Source: an uncultured archaeon
Lineage (GTDB): Archaea > Asgardarchaeota > Lokiarchaeia > Sigyniarchaeales > SOKP01
Direction of reading: 5' to 3'
Assembly (NCBI GenBank): GCA_964388035.1
Contig: CAYLZE010000007.1
Coordinates: forward strand, 48,246-112,245
DNA length: 64,000 nucleotides
Positions 9,015 to 18,839 of this stretch are shown here, in pieces. Under the pieces are notes generated by a model. That model saw only the letters and a list, made by a program, of their open reading frames with translations. It searched no databases and was not told the origin of the DNA. The position numbers were made by a program, and so were the translations under genes. Position 1 is the stretch's first letter. Every line of letters starts with the position of its first letter.

Positions 9015-9968
9015 TTACCCAAATTTTATTTCAATAGCTAAATGTGGGCATTGTTCTTTGCACGTTAAACAGAGATTACATTCCCCTTTTCCATTAAAGA
9101 ACTCAAAGGGTTCATCTAAAATGCGGATTTGTTTAGGACACACTTTTTCACATATTCCACAATTGGCTCTGCCCACGCATCTCACGGGACTTCGGGATAA
9201 TTTTAAAAAAGAATAATTGCCAATGTATGCAGCAAAAGCTCCGAATGGGCACAAATACTTACAATAGGCTCTTGGATACCAGACGGAAATAACAATGACG
9301 ATTAAATAATAAATAAATATGAAAAAAGTTAGAAAATCCTTAAATAAAGATTGTAAATTGGCTTGCTTTAAAATTTGTTGGATTAGATTGGGAAGAAAAT
9401 AGAAAAGATATTCGGACAGAGAAAAATATCCCATGGGCTTATTTCCAAGAGCACCCAGATTATCCCTAAAACTTTGATAAAACTCAGGATCTGTATTATA
9501 AGTAAACGCTAAAGGAATGGTGATAATGAATAAAAGAATTAGTATAAATTTTTTAATTCGAACAAGGAAATTGTGCATGTCTTTTGACACCGTTTTTTTA
9601 TTTTTAGTGGGAATCGCCACTAACGCATCTTGAATTGCCCCTATAGGACAAATCCACCCACAAAAGAATCGGCTGGTAAATAGCAAAATTAAGACGAGCG
9701 CGCCTATCAAAAACCAGGGATAAATTCCCTCCGTTAGGGAGAAAAAAATAAATTCTAAAAAACCAGCGCCATCTGAAAGATGATTTCTGGGAGAATTTAA
9801 GATAGGTAAGATTTTAATTAAAACATCATATTCAGAAAGGTTGATCGAGAAAATATATTCTATGATAACAAAATTGATTACAATAAATGCAATAATTTGA
9901 ATGACATGTCGAATTTTCGTGGTAACATGTTCCGTGAATTTCATTTTCTTAAGAGTCAATACATCCAC
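9015..9968 (-). CDS. NapH/MauN-type membrane polyferredoxin (4Fe-4S binding protein)
   Basis: RFFCGWICPIGAIQD and RAYCKYLCPFGA motifs, multiple TM helices, two C-terminal ferredoxin Cys motifs. Confidence 0.88.
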   Translation of the reverse strand: MDVLTLKKMKFTEHVTTKIRHVIQIIAFIVINFVIIEYIFSINLSEYDVLIKILPILNSPRNHLSDGAGFLEFIFFSLTEGIYPWFLIGALVLILLFTSRFFCGWICPIGAIQDALVAIPTKNKKTVSKDMHNFLVRIKKFILILLFIITIPLAFTYNTDPEFYQSFRDNLGALGNKPMGYFSLSEYLFYFLPNLIQQILKQANLQSLFKDFLTFFIFIYYLIVIVISVWYPRAYCKYLCPFGAFAAYIGNYSFLKLSRSPVRCVGRANCGICEKVCPKQIRILDEPFEFFNGKGECNLCLTCKEQCPHLAIEIKFG

Positions 9969-10126
9969 TACAAACCAAGTTTAAATTATTTAATCTTTGT
10001 TTTTTAAAAAAAATTCTCATAATCACATTAATCTTTAAGATAACTTGAACGATTATCTTAAAATTATTAAATAGAATTATGAGTTGGACGGTAAAATTAG
10101 GTATTAAGAATAAATTTTTAATATTA

Positions 10127-12037
10127 TTATCTCAATAAGATCGTTTCACAATTTCGCATTGCTTTGGTCGCCTTCCTGAGCTTTTTGTGCACCATCGTGG
10201 AAAGACTAATTGTTTTACTCTCCTCTCCGTGATTAGTTAAAACTACTTTAGGGCGGGGTTGAATTCTTCTGAGGAATTGCGATATTTGGGATCTTGATGA
10301 GTGCCCACTAAATCCTTCTAATGTAAAACTATTAAGATTTAATCTTACTAATTGTGTTCTCCCCTTTTCATCCACGTATTGGAATTCCTTGAATCCTTTT
10401 TGTATTCTATTACCTAATGTTCCCGCAACTTGATAAGAAACAAAGACCAAGGAACTATTTTTATCTTCAGCCAATCCTTTTAGATATTGAACAGATGGGC
10501 CTCCAATAAGCATTCCACTGGTAGCCATGATGACGCATGGACCTCCCCCAAGAATATCTAATCGTTCTTGATGCGTATTAACGGTGGTGAATAAATCACT
10601 GAGAAAGGGATTTTTTCCTTGATGTAATATTTTTTCCCGTAAATCGCTGCTTAGAAAATCGGGATTGGCAGTGTGGATTGCGGTTGCTTCTGCAATTAAC
10701 CCGTCTAAAAACACGGGAACTTTATCGATTAATCCTTTTGAAATAAATTCTTCCAGGACAATAATTAACTCTTGTGCTCTTCCTACTGCCAAGACAGGGA
10801 TCAATATTTTTCCACCTCTATTAATGGTAGAATTAACGATTTGTCGGAATTCTTTTTCAGAATCTTGCCTGCTAGGGATTCTATCTTGGGGTCCACCATA
10901 AGTAGATTCAATTAATAGACCCTCAACTCTTGGGAATTTTACATTTGCTTTCTCTAATAGCCTTGTTTTTTGATATTTCATATCTCCCGTATATACGAAA
11001 TTAAATCCTCCTTTTCCGAAATGTAGGTGTATCATGGAAGAACCAAGAATATGACCAGAATTATGAAGAGTTAATTTAATGTCAGGAGCAATATCCGTTA
11101 CTTTTCCCCAAGATAATGGGATAGTATGAAGTACCGTGGTTTTAACATCACGTTTTGAATACGGAGGTACCACTCCTTCCTTTTCACAAATTTGCACGAA
11201 ATCTAATTGTAGCATGGTGGATAAATTACGGGTGGGTAGAGTACAATAAACTGGTCCCCGATATCCGTATTTATAGAGAAAGGGAACCATTCCACAATGG
11301 TCTAAGTGTGCATGAGATACTACCACAGCATCTAAATCTCTTACACTGAATTCGGGTAATTCAAAATGGGGAAACATTTCCGAATTATTACCCACATTTA
11401 ATCCACAATCTAAGAGTACATTACTATCTCTAGTTTGCATCAAGATGCACGATCTTCCGACTTCTCTAAAACCTCCCAAGGTGGTTAAACGAATATTCAG
11501 ATCATTAAAAAGTACGGGCCTATGAATCCTTTTTCCAATTCTTAGTAAAATATCCTTTTGAGTTTGTCTTTCATTTGCAAGCATCTTTCTTATTAAAGTG
11601 ATGGTTTTTGATTCTAAAGGCGGGGTTCGGATGGTTTTAGGTTGCCAAAACGTATTAGTTCGAATTTCCTTTAGATTAACTCCTTTTTTTCCAATCACGA
11701 TACCGGGTTTCCCGCTTTCAATTATTACCTCGCCCCTAGTATGATCAAATTCAATCGCAGATACTTCTGCCGCTTCGCCAACAAGATTTCGTATATATGC
11801 TTCTGTTTCGGCTGGATCTTTCCTTTCTTCTACGTTCCATCGAAATACAATTCGCTTTCGCATTTTTTTGGCAAGTTCTTTTAATACCGAACTATTTTCA
11901 ATGGATTCGGTATCATGATTTGAACTATATACCGCAATTTCCGGACCTTCAAATTCAATGCGATGTACATCGACATCAGGAGGAAGACTTTGAATAATTT
12001 GGTCCTTTATTTTCTGTAATGCAATATCTACTGACAT
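10127..12037 (-). CDS. fttA: aCPSF1 / FttA beta-CASP ribonuclease with KH domains (transcription termination factor)
   Basis: EFEGPE and GKPG.VIGKKG KH motifs, LGGFREVGRS, SHAHLDH, GHILGS, ESTYGG, GFSGHS, NHGE; 636 aa. Confidence 0.97.
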   Translation of the reverse strand: MSVDIALQKIKDQIIQSLPPDVDVHRIEFEGPEIAVYSSNHDTESIENSSVLKELAKKMRKRIVFRWNVEERKDPAETEAYIRNLVGEAAEVSAIEFDHTRGEVIIESGKPGIVIGKKGVNLKEIRTNTFWQPKTIRTPPLESKTITLIRKMLANERQTQKDILLRIGKRIHRPVLFNDLNIRLTTLGGFREVGRSCILMQTRDSNVLLDCGLNVGNNSEMFPHFELPEFSVRDLDAVVVSHAHLDHCGMVPFLYKYGYRGPVYCTLPTRNLSTMLQLDFVQICEKEGVVPPYSKRDVKTTVLHTIPLSWGKVTDIAPDIKLTLHNSGHILGSSMIHLHFGKGGFNFVYTGDMKYQKTRLLEKANVKFPRVEGLLIESTYGGPQDRIPSRQDSEKEFRQIVNSTINRGGKILIPVLAVGRAQELIIVLEEFISKGLIDKVPVFLDGLIAEATAIHTANPDFLSSDLREKILHQGKNPFLSDLFTTVNTHQERLDILGGGPCVIMATSGMLIGGPSVQYLKGLAEDKNSSLVFVSYQVAGTLGNRIQKGFKEFQYVDEKGRTQLVRLNLNSFTLEGFSGHSSRSQISQFLRRIQPRPKVVLTNHGEESKTISLSTMVHKKLRKATKAMRNCETILLR

Positions 12038-12627
12038 TGGGATTATTAAGGTTATCTTCTCTTTTTTTAGTATAATTTCTTTAGGAATTAATAATAACGC
12101 TTTTGAATTTCTTAGTATCTAATTATTTTCAAAATATTAGATTAAATATGATGATTAATAATATTCTTTTTAATTAACTCGTATTAGTTAATTGGCGTGT
12201 AGATATGGTTTTATTTGCTTTAATAATTAGGTAGCGTGTCAAAACGCTAATTTCAGCGTTAATAAAACAAATTCAAAAAGAAATTATTTCTTAATTTCTA
12301 CTTAAAATAAAACATAAAATAAATAAAAACCTTTCCATTTACTTGAGAAAAACCTTTACCCTTAATAAGATCCACTGAAGGACAATTTGTTAATTATCTG
12401 GTTAAAATTTGTTTTTCCTCCATTAATTATCTTTAATGCCTTCATGATTCAAAATTTAAGGTGTTATTATTTCAAGGGTAATTCAACCTTTACTGGTTAT
12501 TTCACTCGATATCTTGGGTCAAACTCTTATAATTTTGAAACATCTATACTCAGATTTTAATCTGAAGATAATGGATAATTCTCCTTTGATACAAAATTTT
12601 TTTATATATAAAAATTACAGATGAAAT

Positions 12628-13260
12628 ATGGACAAGGTGAAAATTGGAGCTATAGCTTCTGGATCGGGGTCTAATTTTGAAGCTGTTGTTAAGGCATGTG
12701 AAACGGGAATTTTAAAGAATAAGGCAACCGTGGAAGTGCTAATTTGTAATAAAGCAGGAGCGTATTGCATGGAGAGAGCTAAAAGCCATTTAATCCCATA
12801 TTATTTAATAGAATCAAGCGAGCATGAGGGGACGAGAGAAGAATTTGATGCAAAAATGGTTCACGTTTTAAAAAAACACGAGTGTACTTTGGCCATTTTA
12901 GCGGGATACATGAGATTTGTAAGCCAATATTTTATTGAGGCGTTTAAGGGTAACGTCATGAATATTCATCCCGCTCTATTACCTTCGTTTAAAGGCATGC
13001 ATGCCCATAGGGATGTTCTAAATTATGGCGTGAAAGTTTCGGGATGCACTGTTCATTTTATTGATGCAAAGGAGGATCACGGTCCGATTATCATACAAAA
13101 GTGCGTGCCCGTTTATGATACTGACACGGAAGTAACTTTAGGAGCAAGAGTGTTGGAATTTGAACATAAAATTTTTCCTAAGGCAATTGAACTTTTTTGC
13201 GATAATCGGCTTCATGTAGATGGAAGAATAGTACGAGTTGATGGAGAAGTTACTTTATAG
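12628..13260 (+). CDS. purN: Phosphoribosylglycinamide formyltransferase
   Basis: ASGSGSNF, LAGYMR, NIHPALLPSF.G, GCTVHF, DHGPII.Q, EH. Confidence 0.97.
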   Translation: MDKVKIGAIASGSGSNFEAVVKACETGILKNKATVEVLICNKAGAYCMERAKSHLIPYYLIESSEHEGTREEFDAKMVHVLKKHECTLAILAGYMRFVSQYFIEAFKGNVMNIHPALLPSFKGMHAHRDVLNYGVKVSGCTVHFIDAKEDHGPIIIQKCVPVYDTDTEVTLGARVLEFEHKIFPKAIELFCDNRLHVDGRIVRVDGEVTL

Positions 13261-13377
13261 AGAACTTAATTTATCATCTTTTTTTTAATATATTGGGAAA
13301 TGGCAATTTATGATTGTTCTGACCCATCTGATATTGGAGTTTTCAATAAATGAAGAAGATCTTGAGTTCTGACTTTT

Positions 13378-13410
13378 TTATTCCCTCTCCTTCTATATTA
13401 GAGGGAATAA
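13378..13410. promoter_or_regulatory. Perfect 11-bp inverted repeat (hairpin or protein-binding site) between purN and the EF-2 paralogue
   Basis: TTATTCCCTCT-N11-AGAGGGAATAA. Confidence 0.35.
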
Positions 13411-13508
13411 GTCATTTCCCTTTACATTTTCCTTAATTTATAACACCAAACTTTTAATCAAACTAAATATGAATTTTATTAGACTTTTTTAATTAGGATG
13501 GAAAAAAA

Positions 13509-15698
13509 ATGCCCCGTCGAAAAGAAATTTCGGAAATATTAAAATTAATGGAAAAACCCGCTTCAACAAGAAATTTTGGACTCATAGGACATATTGATCA
13601 TGGTAAAACCACCCTTTCTGACTCTCTCTTGAGTGAAGCAGGGTTGTTATCTCCGGAATTAGCAGGAGAAGCTCGAGTGCTGGACTATTTAGAAGAGGAA
13701 CAAAAAAGAGGAATTACGATGAAGTCTACAAATATCTCCTTATATTATGAAAAAACTGCGGAAAAGTCTGAGCCGTTCTTGATAAATTTAGTAGATACTC
13801 CGGGACATTTAGATTTTAGTGGAAAGGTCACTCGGGCATTACGACTAATCGACGGTGTAGTGGTCGTGGTAGATGCTGTAGAAGAAATCATCACGCAATC
13901 AGAAACGGTCATTAAACAAGCATTGGAGGAAAATGTAAAGCCGGTCCTTTATATAAATAAAGTAGATCGACTCATTCGAGAATTGAGTCTCACGGATGAT
14001 CAAATAAAAGAAAAATATGTTCGGATCATTAAAGATTTTAATACTTTAATTGAACGTTATGCTGATGAAGCATTTAAAGAAGAATGGAAGGTTTCTCCTG
14101 CAAAGGGCACGGTTGCCTTCGGCTCAGCCCTTCATAAATGGGGGTTTACCTTAAAAATCTTAGAAAAAAGCAGCTTGAAATTTAAAGATATACGAGAAAG
14201 ATACAAGAAAGAAACCATATCAGAAAGGAAGTATGAAGATCTTCCCGTATATTTTCCCATTCATGAAGCCATTTTGGAGATGGTAGTCAATCACATGCCA
14301 AATCCTCAAGAAGCTCAGAAATATCGTATTAAAAAAATCTGGGATGGAGACATGAATACAAAAGCGGCTAAAGCCATGGTATCCTGCGATCCAAAAGGAC
14401 CTTTAATAATTTGCTTGAGCAAAGTACAAGCAGATAAACATGGTTTGATCGCTACCGGAAGAATATTTTCCGGTTCCTGCACGGAACGAAAAGAAATCTT
14501 CTTAATGAGAGAAAATGAGTATGGGACTATTCGAAGGGTAGCAATTTTTATGGGACAGCGAAGAGAACAAGTGAAGAGCATTCCTGTAGGGAACATCGTG
14601 GCGATTGAAGGATTAAAGATGCTTAAAAGTGGAGAAACTCTGGTGGAACCGACAATTCTCAATGAAATGGTACCATTTGAGAATGTAAAATATGTATCAA
14701 CGCCTGTTGTTACTGTTTCTATTGAACCGGAGTATTTAAGGGAATTGGATCAAATGAAAAGAATCATAGAAGAATTATTAATAGAAGATCCTAACCTAAA
14801 TTTTGAAATTAATGAGGAGAATGGAGAATTCCTATTGTCAGGAATGGGCCCGCTCCATTTAGAAGTTACAACAAATGAAATAGAAAAAAGAGGAGTTAAA
14901 GTCTCAACATCTCCCCCGCGTCCCGTATTTAAAGAATCTTGCAAGAAGAATTCTTCGCTCATTGAAATTCAATCTCAAAATGAACAAAATAAGTTAAAAA
15001 TTTATATTGAACGATTGGACGAAATAACCGTTCAATTTTTTCACAATACTAATTATCACTCTATAAAACCAAAAGAATATCTTAAATCTGTTTTGAAAAC
15101 GAAAACATCTCTCAGCGAAGAAGAAGTGCAAAAATTCTGGCAATGCGATGAAGATCAAAATCTATTATTATGTGATAATTATGAACAACTGGATGAGTAT
15201 ATACAAAAAAATATCCTTGAAATAGTTCAGAAAGTTCATTTAAATGGCCCTCTTGCAGGTGAAAAGCTCACTCAGGTAAAGATTGCCATCAAGGAATTAA
15301 CTTTAAACGACATCAATGAAGATACTGCTTTTACGGAATTATCTGCCCTATTATACGAGGGAATAAAACAAGGGTTGAAAGAAGGAGAAATGATTTTCAT
15401 AGAACCGATATATAGAACTGTTATTCAGATCCCCCCAGCATATATAAAAAATACTCTTACTATTTTATCTAAAAATGGTGGTAAAATTAAAACCATTAAT
15501 CAAGAAAAGGAGTATCAAGCCAGCATTGAAGTACTAATTCCCGTTAGAAAATCCCTTACCTTTGCTGAAGATATTCGTTCTTCCACTTCAGGTCGCGCAT
15601 TTTGGATGAATGAGTTTTACGCCTTCATGGAAGTACCCCCTCACGAAGCACAAGAAATAATCAGTACTTTGCGATTTAGAAAAGGATTATCCTGGTAA
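13509..15698 (+). CDS. Elongation factor 2 paralogue (aEF-2p type, no diphthamide site)
   Basis: GHIDHGKT, RGIT, DTPGH, NKVD and GMGPLHLEV intact; domain IV loop reads LNDINEDTAFTEL instead of HEDxxHRGxxQ. Confidence 0.9.
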   Translation: MPRRKEISEILKLMEKPASTRNFGLIGHIDHGKTTLSDSLLSEAGLLSPELAGEARVLDYLEEEQKRGITMKSTNISLYYEKTAEKSEPFLINLVDTPGHLDFSGKVTRALRLIDGVVVVVDAVEEIITQSETVIKQALEENVKPVLYINKVDRLIRELSLTDDQIKEKYVRIIKDFNTLIERYADEAFKEEWKVSPAKGTVAFGSALHKWGFTLKILEKSSLKFKDIRERYKKETISERKYEDLPVYFPIHEAILEMVVNHMPNPQEAQKYRIKKIWDGDMNTKAAKAMVSCDPKGPLIICLSKVQADKHGLIATGRIFSGSCTERKEIFLMRENEYGTIRRVAIFMGQRREQVKSIPVGNIVAIEGLKMLKSGETLVEPTILNEMVPFENVKYVSTPVVTVSIEPEYLRELDQMKRIIEELLIEDPNLNFEINEENGEFLLSGMGPLHLEVTTNEIEKRGVKVSTSPPRPVFKESCKKNSSLIEIQSQNEQNKLKIYIERLDEITVQFFHNTNYHSIKPKEYLKSVLKTKTSLSEEEVQKFWQCDEDQNLLLCDNYEQLDEYIQKNILEIVQKVHLNGPLAGEKLTQVKIAIKELTLNDINEDTAFTELSALLYEGIKQGLKEGEMIFIEPIYRTVIQIPPAYIKNTLTILSKNGGKIKTINQEKEYQASIEVLIPVRKSLTFAEDIRSSTSGRAFWMNEFYAFMEVPPHEAQEIISTLRFRKGLSW

Positions 15699-15701
15699 AA
15701 A

Positions 15702-15868
15702 TGCGCCCGCCGGGAATTCCGTTCGACTCGAAAAGAGCGCGAGCTTCGAACCCGGGTCACTGGCTCTTTCCGCTATTTTTCATGCAAGAATAGGCAACAG
15801 CATGGGAAGCCAGCATAATACCGTTATACGAGAGGTGAGAAATGTGACCTCTTCTATACAACGAGCGC
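15702..15868 (-). tRNA. tRNA-Gly(CCC) with three introns: 15/16 (15824-15853), 37/38 (15766-15802), 59/60 (15716-15744)
   Basis: Removing 30+37+29 nt gives a 71-nt cloverleaf GCGCTCGTTGTATAGCGGTATTATGCTGGCTTCCCAAGCCAGTGACCCGGGTTCGAATCCCGGCGGGCGCA. The 37/38 intron has a perfect BHB; the other two have relaxed BHB/BHL motifs. Confidence 0.9.
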
Positions 15869-15921
15869 CTTAGAGATTTAATATTAATTTTAATATAATC
15901 GTCTGTCATAATTAAACCTTA

Positions 15922-17505
15922 TTATCTTCTTTCTTGAGAGAAGTTAAGGATATAATTTTTAACTAAATAATTTGGAACAGCGAATTCGGCAGTTCCTCTT
16001 TCAATTGCTTCTCGGGGCATTCCATATAAAACAGCCGTTTCACTTGATTCTGCAATAGTTTTTCCTCCTGCCTTTTTGATGGCACCCAAGCCTGCAACTC
16101 CGTCCGCCCCCATTCCGGTGAGCAGAATGCCCATGGCTCGATGTTTAAAAACTTTTGCAACAGAATAAAATAAAACATCGATTGAAGGCAGACAATAGTT
16201 TACAGGGGTTCCCTTATAAATTCTAATACTTGGCTTTAGTCCAGATAAAGTAATCTCCATGTGCCTATTCCCTGGGGCAATGTATACATTTCCAGATTTG
16301 ATTTCTTGGTTATTTTGGGCAAGGTGTATTGTCATTTTACCAAAATTGTTTAAAAATTGAACAAACGAATCAACAAATCCTGCATTTAAATGCTGTACTA
16401 TTAAGATAGGGCAGGATAAATTTCCAGGAAGCTCTTTAAGGATTGATATTAATGTTCGAGGGCCGCCAAGGCTCGCACCGATTGCAATTATATTTGATTT
16501 TAACTCAATGGTATCCGGATGTTGACTTGTCTGAGAAGAAGGGAATTCTTGGGTGACCTGATTCTCGAGTGAAGCATATAAAGCTTTTAAAGGTGATGCA
16601 CTTTTTTCCTGTACTTTTTCCTCGAGTTCTTTATTATTATCGAGGATTATTGATATTTCATCAATCTGAATTTGAGGAGGAGCAGAATTCCTCTTTTTGG
16701 AGCTTACTTTTTTAATTATGGGCTGCTTTCTTTCTTCTTTTTTGAATTCAGTTTGATGAGCTTTCTCAATATTTTTTAACTTTTTTATAGAAATTTGGTT
16801 TTCATTTTTGAAGTAAGAAAGAGGTTTTTTCTCGGCAGAAATTTGTTGAAATATCTCATTAACAAGCTTTTGTCTTAAAGGCAAAAAAGAATTGCTTTTT
16901 GATGCATTCTTTTTTTCTTTTGAAATTAAAGAGTTTGTATCCATCTCTATTTCTTGACTATCACTTGATTTCCATCGAGTAGATCCAAAAAGTGGATGGG
17001 CCCTATTGAGATACTGCCCGAATTTGAAAATATCATTGATATTGCGTTGCCTTAAGGTTTGTAATTTTTTAACTTTTAATTCTTTGGTATCATACACTCT
17101 TTTTATTTGCGATTGACAGGCCAAAATTACTTTATTCAATAACTCTTCTTTAAAATTGGGAACCTCCATTGCACCCAAACCTCCTGGTTTAATAATATAA
17201 TCAAAGGCTCCTAGTAATAAGGCTTGGACACTGGCGTTCATATTTTTTGGATTTATTGCAGATAATATAATCGTTGGCAAGGGATTTTCTTCCATGATTT
17301 CTCTAAACGCATCTAATCCACTCAATAGAGGCATGATGAGATCCAAGAGCAAAACGTCTGGTTTGTGTTCTTTAACTTTTTCAATGGCCTCTAATCCATT
17401 TTGGGCTTCTGCTATAACATTTATCTCAATTTGACTTGATAAGATGTTTCTCAAGACTTTTCTCATGAATTTAGAATCATCCGCGATAATTACCTTTATC
17501 TCCAT
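15922..17505 (-). CDS. cheB: Chemotaxis response-regulator methylesterase CheB with ~200-aa linker
   Basis: REC domain (IADDS, LLDLIMP, FDYIIKP); methylesterase triad GASLGGP, VQHL, LTGMGADG, YGMP. Confidence 0.95.
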   Translation of the reverse strand: MEIKVIIADDSKFMRKVLRNILSSQIEINVIAEAQNGLEAIEKVKEHKPDVLLLDLIMPLLSGLDAFREIMEENPLPTIILSAINPKNMNASVQALLLGAFDYIIKPGGLGAMEVPNFKEELLNKVILACQSQIKRVYDTKELKVKKLQTLRQRNINDIFKFGQYLNRAHPLFGSTRWKSSDSQEIEMDTNSLISKEKKNASKSNSFLPLRQKLVNEIFQQISAEKKPLSYFKNENQISIKKLKNIEKAHQTEFKKEERKQPIIKKVSSKKRNSAPPQIQIDEISIILDNNKELEEKVQEKSASPLKALYASLENQVTQEFPSSQTSQHPDTIELKSNIIAIGASLGGPRTLISILKELPGNLSCPILIVQHLNAGFVDSFVQFLNNFGKMTIHLAQNNQEIKSGNVYIAPGNRHMEITLSGLKPSIRIYKGTPVNYCLPSIDVLFYSVAKVFKHRAMGILLTGMGADGVAGLGAIKKAGGKTIAESSETAVLYGMPREAIERGTAEFAVPNYLVKNYILNFSQERR

Positions 17506-17771
17506 TGAATTTCACGCCAAATTCATTCTCATTTTTAATATTTTCTGGATGAAGGGATTCCCGCGCATTCTTGGATACCTCTCTATGAAAGGGTTTAGTT
17601 CATACCATGTATCAATTTAGCTTTCTATAATATTTTTAAATTTCACTGTAATTGAATATTTTTTATTACTCTAATTTAGATTTGGTTAGATTTTAATCTT
17701 AAAATGCTCGAAGAATCTTTGATCAATTTTTTTATAATGTAAGTCATGAAACCTTGTACATCCCTGATCGC

Positions 17772-18725
17772 TTAGATGCAATTTGTAGCTAAAAAAGTGA
17801 ATACCTCGTCTAATCCTTCTCCTGTGTGAGCAGAGGTTTCAAAAAAAAAACAATTATTATGAGATGCAATGCTTTCTGCCTTTTGCTTAAGTTGGTCTCT
17901 ATTTTTGGCTAAATCTATTTTATTTCCCACTAATAAATAAGTCACCGCCTTATTTCCAACAAATTGCCGAGCTTCTTCAATCCATTCATTAATCGTGTTT
18001 AAAGTTTCTTCACGAGTATAATCAAATAGAATAATTACCGTATTTGCATCATTATAGAAAAATCTTCTAACCTTAGAAAAGCTTTTAAGCCCTCCCAAGT
18101 CAAAAAATATGAGACATATCTTTAATCTATTAGTTATTTGTAATTCTTTTTCTGCTAGAGAAACTCCTATCGTCGGCTTATAATTATCTATAAATTCGCC
18201 ATTGATGTACATGTTTAATAGACATGTTTTTCCACAATTTTCCGGACCAATTAATAAGAGTTTATTTACTTTACTTTTTCCCTCATCGGATACATCTATA
18301 TCCTTGGGAATAAAATTACCGGTAGAATTTAATTTGGGTAATTCTGTGGATGTCTGAATATTATTTAGAATGAGGGAGACCTTCTCTGCTACTAAGTAAG
18401 AATATGAAGTTAAACTCTCTATTTTTGAATAGGGGTCAGCAACTAGTACAAATAACCCAGTGCCTCCCAGTTCTAAGTAAAACAACCTAAACTCATTTGT
18501 GTCAAACGTGCCACTTCCGTAGGAAGTCTCAGCAAATCTTTTAATTTTGCTTAATGTTTGTTCCAAAACGCTCATGATAGCTCCAATTATCTCCTCATTA
18601 AAGCCTTCTACCGATTGTTGTGCAATAATTAAACCTTCCAAATCAACTACTAGCGCAGCTTGGAGATCACTAGCTTCATTAAGCAAATTTGCTAATAATT
18701 CGTTTAATAAGGGAGCTTTTTGCAT
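17772..18725 (-). CDS. Roadblock/LC7 domain fused to a Rab/Ras-like small GTPase
   Basis: N-terminal AALVVDLEGLIIA...IIGAIMS roadblock pattern; GPENCGKT, YKPTIG, DLGG, GNKID, ETSAHTGEGLDEVF. Confidence 0.9.
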   Translation of the reverse strand: MQKAPLLNELLANLLNEASDLQAALVVDLEGLIIAQQSVEGFNEEIIGAIMSVLEQTLSKIKRFAETSYGSGTFDTNEFRLFYLELGGTGLFVLVADPYSKIESLTSYSYLVAEKVSLILNNIQTSTELPKLNSTGNFIPKDIDVSDEGKSKVNKLLLIGPENCGKTCLLNMYINGEFIDNYKPTIGVSLAEKELQITNRLKICLIFFDLGGLKSFSKVRRFFYNDANTVIILFDYTREETLNTINEWIEEARQFVGNKAVTYLLVGNKIDLAKNRDQLKQKAESIASHNNCFFFETSAHTGEGLDEVFTFLATNCI

Positions 18726-18839
18726 TTTATGAACGGATATGTTTTTTCTTGCAATGGTAATAAAAGTAATTCTTTTTAAAATTCTCTAAATAGAAAAGTC
18801 GAAAAACAAAATAATATTAAAAAAAAAAAAAAGAGATGT

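Noticed and set aside
17570-17616. Hairpin upstream of cheB (GATAC...TATGAA/TTCATA...GTATC) as a SECIS or riboswitch
   Set aside because: No AUGA/GA quartet with correct helix spacing, no in-frame UGA selenoprotein seen nearby, and the stems are short.
17772-17790. C-terminal Cys (ATNCI) of the Rab-like GTPase as a prenylation signal
   Set aside because: Not CaaX, CC or CxC, and there is no hypervariable tail after the last helix.
18819-18832. A14 homopolymer as a phase-variation tract
   Set aside because: It is intergenic and reads as oligo-T just after the LCIB stop on the minus strand, so an ordinary archaeal terminator is the simpler explanation.
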